Below, in pieces: positions 35,798 through 45,644 of a stretch of DNA of 64,000 nucleotides. The stretch comes from an uncultured Verrucomicrobiota bacterium. Lineage in GTDB: Bacteria > Verrucomicrobiota > Verrucomicrobiia > Limisphaerales > J093. The stretch covers positions 19,679 through 83,678 of the forward strand of contig CAYNCT010000001.1 of NCBI GenBank assembly GCA_964396005.1. The letters run 5' to 3'. The stretch's first letter is position 1, and the number at the start of each line of letters is the position of its first letter. The notes beneath the pieces were generated by a model. It was given only the letters and a program-made list of their open reading frames with translations. It made no database searches and had not been told where the DNA came from. Both the position numbers and the translations under genes were made by a program.

Positions 35798-36541
35798 CTA
35801 GCGGGCGACCGCGTCGAGCCGCTTCACCTTCAGATTGCGGTAGCGGACAAACTGGCGCGTGAGGTCGCCGCCGCCGTGGACCTGCAGGCCGATGCGCCCC
35901 CGGTCCGGCAACCGCTTCTGGGTATCGGTCCACTCCATGATCTTCACGTCGCCAATCCAGGTGGTGATCGTGGGCGGATTGCCCACGATGCGGGCGCGGA
36001 GCCGGTTCCACTGGCCGTGTCGCCAGTGTTGCGGCCAGTCCGCCGGCTGAATCGCCAGCGGGAAAGCGTTGGTTCGCGCCTTGATCCGGTCCGGGGCGCC
36101 GTCGAAGTTGAAGTTGCTGGTCCCGCCGCCCCCGAGGCCCTCGAGGTAAATGCCCATCAGATTGCCGCGGCCGTGGTAGTCAATCATCGCCTGGTACGCC
36201 TTGCCGTCCTCGGTGCTGCGCAGAAACAAACCCGAGTCCGGGCCAAAGTCGTTGTTCATCTCCAGCTCGATCTCGAAGTCGCCGAACATTTCATCCGTCA
36301 GGAGAAGGCCGCCGTTGCCGGGCACGTCTTGCGACCCCACGATGGCGCCCTCCTGAACGACCCATTTGCCGCCAGAGGTGTTGCCGCTGGCGCGGCTGTG
36401 ACCGCTCCGGGCGCTGATGTGCCAACCTTGGAGCGTTTGGCCGTCGAAGAGGCTCTCGAAGTCGGCGGCGAAGGCCAGGACCGCCGCGACGCCGGCGACG
36501 CCCAACGAGGCGAGCCCGGGGAAGGAACGCGGAGTTTTCAT
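35798..36541 (-). CDS. DUF1080 (3-keto-disaccharide hydrolase-like) domain protein
   Basis: 'FESLFDGQTLQGW', 'WVVQEGAIVG', 'FGDFEIELEM' and 'GRIGLQVHG' are DUF1080 strings. Start moved to ATG 36541. Confidence 0.8.
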   Translation of the reverse strand: MKTPRSFPGLASLGVAGVAAVLAFAADFESLFDGQTLQGWHISARSGHSRASGNTSGGKWVVQEGAIVGSQDVPGNGGLLLTDEMFGDFEIELEMNNDFGPDSGLFLRSTEDGKAYQAMIDYHGRGNLMGIYLEGLGGGGTSNFNFDGAPDRIKARTNAFPLAIQPADWPQHWRHGQWNRLRARIVGNPPTITTWIGDVKIMEWTDTQKRLPDRGRIGLQVHGGGDLTRQFVRYRNLKVKRLDAVAR

Positions 36542-36601
36542 ACGGCGAGCGTGGCGGGACGCGGACGGGAAATGCAAGCCGGGAAGCACCCCGCGCGCCC
36601 C

Positions 36602-36638
36602 GAAAACAAATCGGCCCCCGAGATTCTCGAGGGCCGAT
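36602..36638 (-). terminator. Rho-independent terminator downstream of the PA14 giant gene
   Basis: The minus strand reads ATCGGCCC...GGGCCGAT (an inner CTCGAG palindrome extends the stem) followed by TTGTTTTC. Confidence 0.6.
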
Positions 36639-36689
36639 CGGAAGGGACATGGCCGGGCCGCCAGGCAGCCCGGTCACCGACTCAGCCGG

Positions 36690-39600
36690 TTACTGGCGCA
36701 CGCGGTAAAACACGTTAGCCGGCCCGAGCGGAAACGTCGCCGGGCTTGTCGCCCCGGCCACCGGCGTCCAGGTCGTCAAGTCGCTGGAGGCTTCCAGCGT
36801 CCCGCCAGCCGGCTGCCAGGCGATCACCAGGCTCGCGCCGCTGCGCTGGATGGTGAGGGTGGGTGCCACGGGCGGCGGCGCGGTTTCCGACAGGTACCGC
36901 ACAGCGTTCATGAACATCTTCGCGCCATCCTCGGTGAGGTCGTAGATGCCGGCGCCCTGACTGGTGATGCCCTGCTCGCGGCTGCCGGTCAGGAACACCA
37001 GGCGCCGCCCGCCGAGGACGTCCGCGGACGCGTTGCCCAGGGTGGCGCCGGCATTCCACTCCCCGATGATCATGCCGTTCACCGTGGGATCGGTCGCCGT
37101 GGCCACGGTCGCCAGGACCCGGCCGTTCCCGGCCACCGGGTCGGTATTCACCGAGATGCCCCGCTGAATCACCCCGTTGAAACTCACCAGCGTGGCGTAC
37201 GGATTGACCATCCGGTTGTCAGGCCCGAGGGCGATGCCCTCGAAGACCGGGTGCGCTGGCTCGGTGACCAGCAACGAGATCGTCCCGGCGGTATCGGGAA
37301 TCGTGCCGCCGGTCGTGAAGCCCAGCCGGCTGCTGCGGAGAACGTAGCCGCCCAAAATCATCATCGGTTTGGTGATCCCATTCCAGGCCGCGGTGGAGGC
37401 CGCGCTCTGATAGTCGCCGCTGGGCACCGAACGGCTGATGATCACCAAATCAAACGTGTTCAGTAGCGCGGTGTCCGGAGTGCCGGACGTCACGATCCGG
37501 GTAATGACGTAACCATTCTGCGCCAGCAGCCGGGTGTAAGCCGCATCCGGCGCCTCCGTGAAGCCCGCCGCGGCCGCGTCGCCGGACGGCTGGGTGTCAC
37601 CCGGATGGAAGCTTACCCACGCGATCTTCGGGCCGTTCAGGAAGCCGGTGCCCACCGTGTAGGACCACGCGTATTCGATACCGTTGTTGTAGCCGAGCAC
37701 GACACGGACCGTGCTGTTGGCCGGATAGGGCGACGGGGGCGAGTAGCGCACGGTGGTCGTGCCTCCCGCCAGACTGGTCTGCGGCGTCACGTCCGCGCCG
37801 TTGACTCGCAGCGTGACCGGCCCCGAGTAGTTGCCGATGACCGCCTCAATGCCGGCGTCCCGTGCCACGCCGCCCGCGCCGCGCGCGGGGGTGACGGACC
37901 GCAAGATCGGTTGGGCCGGGCCGGTGTACTGGCGGTACACCTTGAGGTGCAGCGCACGGTTGCGATCGTTCAGGAGGGTCGAAGAATTGCCCTGCATCTC
38001 CACGTGGTGCAGTTCGCAGTTCGCGCCGCCTTCGCCCTCAAACCAGAGCAGGCGGATCGGGTAGATCCCATCCTGCGCGACCACGAAATCGCAGGCGCTC
38101 TGGGGCAGGTCCGCCGTGGCCCCGCGGCCGCCGTCGAATTGCCCCAATACCGGCGCGGCGAGGTCCGCCGGGTCCGTTCCCCCCAGCAACTTGAAACCAT
38201 CGTCGCTGTTGACGCCGAAACGGTAGATGCCTGCTTTTAGTTCCACGTACCCCACGGCCGTGCCCGCGATCCAGTTCTGCATGGCGGTGTCGCCCGCGGC
38301 AATGCCGGGAATTTCCGCGTCAGGGAAGTTCGCGCTGAGGGCCAGCGGATCGTTGCCGGCGGTAAAGGCGCCGGCGTTGGCCGGTGCGGTTTGATTCCAG
38401 TTGATGACCTCCACCTCGTGCAGTCCGCCCGGGAGTGAACCCGGAAACGCGCCGTTTTCGTAAGGGGCCTGGGTGGCCGGATCAACGTAGCCGCGCGCGA
38501 TCTGCGTCTCGGCCGTCGCGATGGTGTTCGCGTTGCCGGGACGCGGCACCGGCGCGCCAGTCTGACTGTCAATCATCTGGTAGATGTCCACGGCAAAGCC
38601 GGAGGTTGAGCGATTGACCTGATCGGCCGGCACCGCCTGCCCCGCCTGGAGCACCGGCAGCGCCGAGTAGTCCCGGACGGTGAACCGCCAGGTCTGCGCC
38701 AGTTGATTCGCCGGGCTGGCCGTGTCACTAAACCGCAGCTCGGCTTGCACGCTCTGGCCCGAGGGCCAGAGACCCGACGGCTGGTACTTCACCGTGGTCA
38801 CGTCCCCGGTCTTGCTGACCGTGGCGGCGACCTCCTGCCCGTTGACCAGCAGCCTGGCCGAGCCCGCGGCCACCGCCGTGTCCTGATCCGTAATCTGCGC
38901 CTGGATTGCCAGCCCGGGCCACACGTTCACCGCGTCCGGCAGCGGCAACACCGCCACACTCGGCGGCGTTGAGCGCAGACGGCTGTAGGCGCGAATGGCC
39001 TTCGGGTTCGTGCGGTCGTTAACGAGGATCTTCGTGGGCGGCGAGGCCGTGAAGTCCTCGGAGAAGAACTCGACGCTCGCTCCGCCGCCGCCCTCGTACC
39101 AAATCAGGCGCACGGGATAGAGGCCGTCCTGCTCGACGCTGACGTAGAACATCGAGTCGGCGGCGCCGCGGCCGCCGCTGAAAACGCCCAGTTGTTTGGC
39201 CGCCGTGCCGTGGCCGGCGGTGAGGCGGAAGCCGTCGTCGCTGTTGACGCCCAGGCGGTGGAGGCCGGCCGTGAGCTCGAGGTAACCGACAATTTCGGCG
39301 GCCATGTTGTCCGTGTTGTCCGGACTGTCGGGGTCGGTGCCGGGGATACCCGGGATCGGCTGGTCAGGGGACGCCGGGGTGGACGTATCCGTAAAGTTGC
39401 CGGCCTGGGCCTGGGTGCCGGTACCCGGCCGCGCCTCCTGGTTCCAGTTCACCACGGTGACCGGGTGCGTACCGCGCGGGCCGGAGCCGGCGACCGCGTA
39501 GTTCGCCAGGGCGTTGCCACTGATCGGATCCCCCAGCCGGCCGGCGAGTTGATCCTCCGCCCGCTGCGTGTTGTTGGGCAGGTCCAGCGTCGGCCAGGAG

Positions 39601-40724
39601 GCCGTGTCGCGCGCCTGCACGACGCGGGCCAGGAAGCCGGACGTGGTGGTGTCCACCCGTTCCGTCGGCACCGCATCCGCCGGCGTGAGGTTGGCGAACA
39701 CCTCCACCGTGAAGTTCAGCGTACTGGTGGTGGGCGTGGCCGGGGTGCCGTCATCGGTGAACCCGAGGAGCGCCGTATGCGCCGAGCCCGAAGGCAGGAA
39801 CGGCAGGGCCCGGTAGCGCACGGTCGTGGTATCGCCGGATTTCGAAACCGTAGGCGTCACCGGCGCGCCATCGAACATGAGGCTGATCGAGTCGGCTTTG
39901 ACCCGCGTGACCGAGCCATCGAGGATGGTGAAGTTCACGCCGAACACATCCCCGCGCGAAGCGGTGAGGATGGGTTTCTCGGGGTAGGGCACCACGACCA
40001 CGCCATACATGTTCTGGCCGTTGTTGTTGGCTTGTTTGAGCTGGAAGGTGCCGGCCTCGAAAACCTTCAGGTAGATGCTGGCCCATTGGTTCACGCCCTG
40101 ACCGGGCCCCGCGCCATCGGCGCCTTCATCCATGCCGATGTGGTCCGGCCAGTCGGGGTTGCCATGACGGTTGTGTCCCGTCTTCACCGGCTGCCACCCC
40201 TCGTCCACCACCCAGCGCATGTCCGGCTCCGGGGCCCCGGTGCGGGTCAGCGACCAGTCGGGGTGATTGGGCGGGTTGGCGTTGCTGCCGTCGCCCAGAC
40301 GATCGTCAATGAGCAGGTACACGAACGACTTCTTGTTGATGGTTACATCGAGCGTGTACGCCGCGTTGTCGCGGTTGTCGTTGCCGCTCATGATGTACTC
40401 GCCGCCCAGCAGATACTGCGGAATCAGCAGCGTCGGCGTTGCCCCGGTCCACTGATGGTTGCGGTCCACAAAGGCGGGCACTTCTTCGCCAAAGACCGGG
40501 ACGGTGAAGGGCGCGCCGACGGCAATACCCGGGATGGGTTCCCCGGCCACCGTGGCCTCCCACGTGACACCGGTCCATTTGGCAACGATGGTATCGGTGG
40601 GTTCCTCGTCCCCACCCGTTTCCACCACGTCGGTAATCACCGGCAAACCCCAAGCGAGGGGTGTACAACAGACGGCCGCCACCACCCCGAGGGCGGTGCG
40701 GCCCAAGATGCGGAATCGTGTCAT
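36690..40724 (-). CDS. Giant secreted protein with two PA14-like domains and Ig-like/beta-sandwich repeats
   Basis: Signal 'ALGVVAAVCCTPLAWG'. There are two PA14-like modules. One reads 'LELTAGLHRLGVNSDDGFRLTAG...DGLYPVRLIWYEGGGGASVEF'. The other reads 'VELKAGIYRFGVNSDDGFKLLGG...DGIYPIRLLWFEGEGGANCEL'. Start moved to ATG 40724. Confidence 0.75.
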   Translation of the reverse strand: MTRFRILGRTALGVVAAVCCTPLAWGLPVITDVVETGGDEEPTDTIVAKWTGVTWEATVAGEPIPGIAVGAPFTVPVFGEEVPAFVDRNHQWTGATPTLLIPQYLLGGEYIMSGNDNRDNAAYTLDVTINKKSFVYLLIDDRLGDGSNANPPNHPDWSLTRTGAPEPDMRWVVDEGWQPVKTGHNRHGNPDWPDHIGMDEGADGAGPGQGVNQWASIYLKVFEAGTFQLKQANNNGQNMYGVVVVPYPEKPILTASRGDVFGVNFTILDGSVTRVKADSISLMFDGAPVTPTVSKSGDTTTVRYRALPFLPSGSAHTALLGFTDDGTPATPTTSTLNFTVEVFANLTPADAVPTERVDTTTSGFLARVVQARDTASWPTLDLPNNTQRAEDQLAGRLGDPISGNALANYAVAGSGPRGTHPVTVVNWNQEARPGTGTQAQAGNFTDTSTPASPDQPIPGIPGTDPDSPDNTDNMAAEIVGYLELTAGLHRLGVNSDDGFRLTAGHGTAAKQLGVFSGGRGAADSMFYVSVEQDGLYPVRLIWYEGGGGASVEFFSEDFTASPPTKILVNDRTNPKAIRAYSRLRSTPPSVAVLPLPDAVNVWPGLAIQAQITDQDTAVAAGSARLLVNGQEVAATVSKTGDVTTVKYQPSGLWPSGQSVQAELRFSDTASPANQLAQTWRFTVRDYSALPVLQAGQAVPADQVNRSTSGFAVDIYQMIDSQTGAPVPRPGNANTIATAETQIARGYVDPATQAPYENGAFPGSLPGGLHEVEVINWNQTAPANAGAFTAGNDPLALSANFPDAEIPGIAAGDTAMQNWIAGTAVGYVELKAGIYRFGVNSDDGFKLLGGTDPADLAAPVLGQFDGGRGATADLPQSACDFVVAQDGIYPIRLLWFEGEGGANCELHHVEMQGNSSTLLNDRNRALHLKVYRQYTGPAQPILRSVTPARGAGGVARDAGIEAVIGNYSGPVTLRVNGADVTPQTSLAGGTTTVRYSPPSPYPANSTVRVVLGYNNGIEYAWSYTVGTGFLNGPKIAWVSFHPGDTQPSGDAAAAGFTEAPDAAYTRLLAQNGYVITRIVTSGTPDTALLNTFDLVIISRSVPSGDYQSAASTAAWNGITKPMMILGGYVLRSSRLGFTTGGTIPDTAGTISLLVTEPAHPVFEGIALGPDNRMVNPYATLVSFNGVIQRGISVNTDPVAGNGRVLATVATATDPTVNGMIIGEWNAGATLGNASADVLGGRRLVFLTGSREQGITSQGAGIYDLTEDGAKMFMNAVRYLSETAPPPVAPTLTIQRSGASLVIAWQPAGGTLEASSDLTTWTPVAGATSPATFPLGPANVFYRVRQ

Positions 40725-40916
40725 AGGATGCGGTTGATGTTGACTGCGGTTGAACCAGGTTCTGCGCCCGCCGAGCCCGGCCCCCACCGGTCCACGGCGG
40801 GCTCCGGCCGAAATTGCCCGGGCTCGCGGGCAAAACGGCGTCGGTCAAGGCTTGGAACTGAAATGAGAATGGCTGTTCCCGCGTCCGGACCGCAAGCAAT
40901 TCCGAACCGCGGCGCC

Positions 40917-41208
40917 GCGCTGCGTCGCGGCCAGCATGCGGCGCCGGCACAGCGGCGCCCTACCGCGCGGCCGGGTGGACGGCGCCGACGCAGCGGCGCC
41001 CGACCACCGGAACGCGGACTCCAGTCCGTTCATCACCCTCATGCCTTGCGGCCGGTAGGGCCGCGCTGTGTCGCGGCCGGGAGCGGCGCCGGCACAGCGG
41101 CGACCTACCGCGCGGCCGGGTGGACGGCGCCGACGCAGCGGCGCCCTACCAACCGGGGCGCGGGCTTCAATCCGCTCAGCACCTCATGCCTTGTCCCCGG
41201 TAACACCC
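40917..41208. repeat. Two-unit tandem repeat (period ~146 bp) containing four GGCGCCG-N6-CGGCGCC hairpins
   Basis: Unit 1 starts GCGCTGCGTCGCGGCC at 40917 and unit 2 starts GCGCTGTGTCGCGGCC at 41063. Both carry GGCGCCGGCACAGCGGCGCC and GGCGCCGACGCAGCGGCGCC and end in ...CTCATGCCTTG. Confidence 0.8.
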
Positions 41209-41307
41209 CGCTGCGAGGCGCCAGCCCGGCTGCCGACTTGGCGCGAGATCCACCGGCGCGGTGGTGGATAGAGAGCCGCACACACTCCCATCCAAACCGG
41301 GACGGGA

Positions 41308-42621
41308 TCAGCCGTCGCCGGGCGGCGTATGCGGCATCCGCTCATGCACGATGCACGCGGTCACCACATCCGCGGCGACGTTGACGACCGTTCGCGCCAT
41401 GTCCAGCAGGCGGTCCGCGCCGAGGATCAAGGCGATGCCGTCCGCCGGGATGCGAAAGGTCGTCATCAACGCCACGATCAGCGGCAACGACGCCCCCGGT
41501 ATGCCCGCGACCGCCACGGCGCTCAGCACGGTGAGGAGCAGGAGCGTGACCTGGTCGCCGAGCGAGAGAGGCACGCCATAGACCTGTGCCACAAACAACA
41601 CCACGCAGCCCTCGTACAAGGCGGTGCCGCTCATGTTCATCGTCGCGCCCAGCGGCAGGACAAAGCCGGCGGTGCTGGCGGACACGCCCAGGTTCTCGCG
41701 CGTCACGGCGATCGTGGTGGGCAGCGTGGCATTGCTGGAGCTGGTGGAAAAGGCGGTCACCAGCACCGTGCGGATGGCGCGGAAAAACACGCCGGGAGAG
41801 CGCCGGGTGAAGGCCTTCAGCAACAGCGTCATCGTGCCGAAGAGATGCAGGGCCAACCCGCCCAGCACGCAGGCGACGAACAAGGACAACGCCTTGAGCA
41901 CCTCCAGGCCCGCCTTCATGACCTGGCTGGCGAGCATCGCGGCGACGGCCCAGGGGGCCAGCACCATCGCGAAGTGGACCAGGGTGGTCATGAGTCCCGT
42001 CACGGTCTCGACCACCGCCTGGGTTTGGCGCCGGCGCGTTTCGTCGAGCCGGGTGCCCGCCGCGCCCAACAGGATCGCGAAGAGGATGAGGGGCAGGATT
42101 TGGAACTCCACCACCGCTTTAAGCAGATTCCGCGGCATGAACATCTCCACCAATTCCCGGAAGCTGAGGCGCGGCATGGTGGCCGCCCGGGCTTGGACCT
42201 CCCGGGATTGCTCCGCGGCCTGCGACAGGAGTTGCGCCTTCACCTCCGCCGGAATGCCGCGGCCGGGTTGAACGGTGTTCATGAGGAACAAGCCGATGGC
42301 CAGCCCCACAGCCATGTTCACGAAGAACACGGCGAAGGTGCGCGCGGCCAGCGGTCCCAGGCGCTCGAGTCGGCCGAGCTGAATCACGCCCAGCACCAGC
42401 GAGGAAAAGATCAACGGAATAACGACAAAGAAGAGCAGCCGCAGAAAAATCTGGCCGAACGGATCCAGCACCTCGGCGGCCAACCAGGCGGTCGCGGCAG
42501 CGGGCGACTCCCCGCGGCCGGCGACGAAACGAGCGCCGAGGCCGAAGACCATCCCGGCCACCATGCCCCACATGATGCGCGTGGCGAGCCGGTCGGACTG
42601 GGAAGCGGGCCGCGGAGCCAT
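41308..42621 (-). CDS. Dicarboxylate/amino acid:cation symporter (DAACS family)
   Basis: Polytopic protein with 'FSTSSSNATLP', 'GATMNMSGTALYE' and 'GIPGASL', which match GltP/DctA-type motifs. Start moved to ATG 42621 (438 aa) to avoid overlapping the divergent gene. Confidence 0.85.
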   Translation of the reverse strand: MAPRPASQSDRLATRIMWGMVAGMVFGLGARFVAGRGESPAAATAWLAAEVLDPFGQIFLRLLFFVVIPLIFSSLVLGVIQLGRLERLGPLAARTFAVFFVNMAVGLAIGLFLMNTVQPGRGIPAEVKAQLLSQAAEQSREVQARAATMPRLSFRELVEMFMPRNLLKAVVEFQILPLILFAILLGAAGTRLDETRRRQTQAVVETVTGLMTTLVHFAMVLAPWAVAAMLASQVMKAGLEVLKALSLFVACVLGGLALHLFGTMTLLLKAFTRRSPGVFFRAIRTVLVTAFSTSSSNATLPTTIAVTRENLGVSASTAGFVLPLGATMNMSGTALYEGCVVLFVAQVYGVPLSLGDQVTLLLLTVLSAVAVAGIPGASLPLIVALMTTFRIPADGIALILGADRLLDMARTVVNVAADVVTACIVHERMPHTPPGDG

Positions 42622-42744
42622 TGTGGACGGCAGGGTGCGGGGAACGACCGCGCGCGGCAAATCCGAAACGGGGGGCGCCGCGAGCGGGGCAGCAGTCGAG
42701 ATTTTCGTTGTGATAAGCGAGCCGGCCGGGCGAACGTCCGCGGC

Positions 42745-43815
42745 ATGTTGCAATTCATTCGTTATGGCTGGCCGGGAATCGGCCGGTGTCGGGTCCCGTG
42801 GAGACTCGTGTTGGTGGGGGTCTGGCTGGCGACGCTGGTCGGCGCGGCGCGCGCGCACGACATCGCCGAGGAGATGGCAGAAGCGGCGCAGGTCTTCCTG
42901 AAATCGCTCGGTCCGGAGCAGCGGGCGCGCGCGGTGTATGAACTGAAGGATCCGCAGCGGCTGGACTGGCACTTCATCCCGCGCGAGCGCCGGGGCGTGC
43001 CGCTGAAAGCGCTCGATGCCGGGCAACGCCATTTGGTGTACCGCTTGTTAAGCTCGGGCCTGAGCCACCGGGGATTCCTCAAGGCCACGACCATCATGTC
43101 GCTGGAGACCGTTTTGCGCGACCTGGAGCAGGGCCGCGGCCCGGTGCGCGATCCCGAGTTGTATTACGTGACGATCTTCGGCGAACCCGCCGCGCGCGGC
43201 ACGTGGGGCTGGCGCATCGAAGGGCATCATCTCTCGCTGAACTTCACGCTGGTCGAGGGCGCTGTCGTCGCCACCGCCCCGGCCATGATGGGCAGCAACC
43301 CGGCCGAAGTCCGGGCCGGCCCGCAACAGGGCTTGCGCGTGTTGGGGCGCGAGGAGGATCTCGGCCGCGCGCTGGCTCGGTCGCTCGATGAAGCCCAGCG
43401 GCGGGAAGGCATCCTCCCGGGCAGCGCGCCCGCCGACATCATCCTCGGTCCGGGTCGCAAGGCGGAGCCGCTGCGGCCGCTGGGTCTCAATGCCGCGCGG
43501 CTCAACACCGAGCAGCGGGCCTTGCTGAAGGAACTGCTGGACGAATACGTGCGGCGCTATCGAGTCGAGGTCGCCGACGAGACCTTGAAAGCGATTGCCG
43601 CCGCCGGCCCGGAGAACCTCTGGTTCGCGTGGATGGGCGGTTTGGAGAAAGGCGAGGGGCACTACTACCGCGTGCAAGGCCCCTCCTTTATTCTCGAATA
43701 CGACAACACCCAGAATAACGCCAACCACATCCACACGACCTGGCGCGACTTGAAGAACGACTTTGGCGAGGATGCCCTGCGCCGGCATTACGAGGAGACG
43801 CCGCACCCGCACTGA
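42745..43815 (+). CDS. DUF3500 domain-containing protein
   Basis: Signal-like 'WRLVLVGVWLATLVGAARA', then 'RLDWHFIPRERRG', 'WGWRIEGHHLSLNFT' and 'YYRVQGPSFILEYDNTQNNANHIHTTWRD'. Confidence 0.8.
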   Translation: MLQFIRYGWPGIGRCRVPWRLVLVGVWLATLVGAARAHDIAEEMAEAAQVFLKSLGPEQRARAVYELKDPQRLDWHFIPRERRGVPLKALDAGQRHLVYRLLSSGLSHRGFLKATTIMSLETVLRDLEQGRGPVRDPELYYVTIFGEPAARGTWGWRIEGHHLSLNFTLVEGAVVATAPAMMGSNPAEVRAGPQQGLRVLGREEDLGRALARSLDEAQRREGILPGSAPADIILGPGRKAEPLRPLGLNAARLNTEQRALLKELLDEYVRRYRVEVADETLKAIAAAGPENLWFAWMGGLEKGEGHYYRVQGPSFILEYDNTQNNANHIHTTWRDLKNDFGEDALRRHYEETPHPH

Positions 43816-43851
43816 CCACGGGGCCCGGCCGGCCGCCTTCGCCCTGCGCCA

Positions 43852-44343
43852 TCACGCGCAGGCGACTCCCTCGCGGGCCAGCAGGCGGCGCTTCCACTCG
43901 AGGCCGGCCGAAAATCCGCCCAGCCGACGGTTGGCGGCGAGCACGCGATGACAGGGGATGAACAGCGGGATGGGGTTGGCGCCGCACGCCTGCCCGACCG
44001 CGCGCGCGGCGGTGGGCCGGCCCACCCGCCGGGCCAGTTCCCCGTAGCTCCGGATTTGGCCGGCGCCGATGCGCCGCAACTCCGCCCAGACGCGTTGCTG
44101 GAAGGCGGTTCCCGCGGAGGTGTCGAGCGGCGGCGGGTCGGTGATGGGCTGGCCCTGGAGCGCGCGCCGGACCTCGCGGGTGGTGGCTTTCAACCACGCG
44201 CGTTGAACGGCGGTCAGGGGGGTGCCATGAACGGCCGTCGAGGCCGGGGTCGCCTGACCGGGAAAGCTCAGTTGCACCAGGCCACGATCCGAAAAGCGGG
44301 CGGTGAACACCCCATCGGGAGTCTCGATGGTGGCAACGGTCAT
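43852..44343 (-). CDS. ogt: Methylated-DNA--protein-cysteine methyltransferase
   Basis: 'FQQRVWAELRRIGAGQIRSYGELA' and the active-site 'IPCHRVL'. Start moved to ATG 44343. Confidence 0.9.
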   Translation of the reverse strand: MTVATIETPDGVFTARFSDRGLVQLSFPGQATPASTAVHGTPLTAVQRAWLKATTREVRRALQGQPITDPPPLDTSAGTAFQQRVWAELRRIGAGQIRSYGELARRVGRPTAARAVGQACGANPIPLFIPCHRVLAANRRLGGFSAGLEWKRRLLAREGVACA

Positions 44344-44837
44344 CGCGACTGGTTGGCGAAGTAGAAGTACACGAGGCCCCACAGGATGGCGAGGAAGAGG
44401 GCAAACAAGGCCAGGAAACGATTGCGCGCGATGCGCTTCTCGTAGCGCAAAGCCGGCAGGCCGTGGATGCTGCCGGCGGCCAGATAGCTGACCAGCTTGG
44501 ACGTGGGCGGCTGGCGGCCGCGCAGGCGGGTCCACCACCGCCGGACGGCGGCGAGGAGATCGTATTTGCGCACGCCCAGTTCGTTGAAGTGCGAGGCGGT
44601 GGTCTCGCCCTCAAAGGGATTGGCCGAATGCGGGTGCGGAATTTCCTCGAAATGGGGCGGGCCGCCGGCGGGGTCGGCCGGGGGAAGAGGCGTGGTCGAG
44701 CGACGGTAGCGGGGAGCCGGCGCGCCGCCGTCGGCTGCGGTCAACTGACGGATCTCCCCCTCGAGGGCCGCCAGCCGCTGCTTGAGCTGGCGCTCGCGTT
44801 CCTCGATGGGATCTCGCTTCTTGCCAAACCAGCCCAT
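44340..44837 (-). CDS. Hypothetical membrane protein
   Basis: 'MGWFGKKRDPIEERERQLKQRLAALEGEI' looks like a coiled coil and 'FLALFALFLAILWGLVYFYF' is a C-terminal TM. The gene overlaps the ogt start by 4 nt. Confidence 0.45.
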   Translation of the reverse strand: MGWFGKKRDPIEERERQLKQRLAALEGEIRQLTAADGGAPAPRYRRSTTPLPPADPAGGPPHFEEIPHPHSANPFEGETTASHFNELGVRKYDLLAAVRRWWTRLRGRQPPTSKLVSYLAAGSIHGLPALRYEKRIARNRFLALFALFLAILWGLVYFYFANQSR

Positions 44838-44850
44838 GAGCGGGTGGTGG

Positions 44851-45531
44851 TCAGCCCCGGAGCAGCACGATGACGAGGGCAACGCCAATGACCAGCAACA
44901 CGGCCGCCACCGGCCAGGTCAGGGCGAACCCCAGCCGGGCGAGTTCGCGGAGGCTGCGCCCGGCCAGCCCGTCCGGCGCGGCGACCGGGCCGGCGGCGCC
45001 CGCACTGGCAGGCAATTTGCCGTCCAGCAGCGGCCATTTGAGCCGGGCGGAATTCCACTCCATGCGGGCGTTTTCCAGCGTGGTCAGCGCACGGGTCAAC
45101 TCCTGTTCCCACGCTTCCTGCGTCCACTGGGTTTCGTTGATCGCCTGAATTTTGGCGAGGGCATCCTGGAATTCCGCCAGCGTCCGGCCCATTTGCTCGG
45201 CGTCCCGCCGGGCGCGGAAGGTGGCCTCCTCGAGAAGGCCGACGCCCCGCGTGAGGGCCTGGAGCATTTCGGCGCGGCCGGTTTCAAACTCGGCGCGCCG
45301 GCGGCGGGCTTCCTCGAGGCGGGCGCGTTCGTGTTCGATTTCCTCCTGAGCGCGCTTCAGTTCGGCGAGGCGTTTCTGGGCCTCGGTGGCGCGGGCCTCG
45401 AGCTCCGCCCGCGTCGGGGGACGGGTGGCCACGCCGGTGCCCGGGACGGTCGCGGAACTGGCGAGCCGTAAGGCCTGCGCGGTTTGCACGTCGCGGTCCA
45501 CGAATTCCGACTCGTCGAAGACAGAAGCCAT
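44851..45531 (-). CDS. Hypothetical coiled-coil protein with C-terminal TM anchor
   Basis: Long heptad-like region 'ELEARATEAQKRLAELKRAQEEIEHERARLEEARRRR' and C-terminal TM 'WPVAAVLLVIGVALVIVLL'. Confidence 0.45.
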   Translation of the reverse strand: MASVFDESEFVDRDVQTAQALRLASSATVPGTGVATRPPTRAELEARATEAQKRLAELKRAQEEIEHERARLEEARRRRAEFETGRAEMLQALTRGVGLLEEATFRARRDAEQMGRTLAEFQDALAKIQAINETQWTQEAWEQELTRALTTLENARMEWNSARLKWPLLDGKLPASAGAAGPVAAPDGLAGRSLRELARLGFALTWPVAAVLLVIGVALVIVLLRG

Positions 45532-45644
45532 AGGCCGACTCTAACACTGACCCCCGGGGTGTAAAGGTTGGCGAGGCCGATGTGAACAAGTGGGCGCAAC
45601 ACCGCACTCCGCTGTTGCGATTGCGGTGCGGCCGCGCCTGCGAG

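Noticed and set aside
40917-41208. CRISPR array
   Set aside because: There are only two units of ~146 bp, directly adjacent, with no unique spacers of regular length and no cas genes in the window. It is better described as a tandem duplication of hairpin (REP-like) modules.
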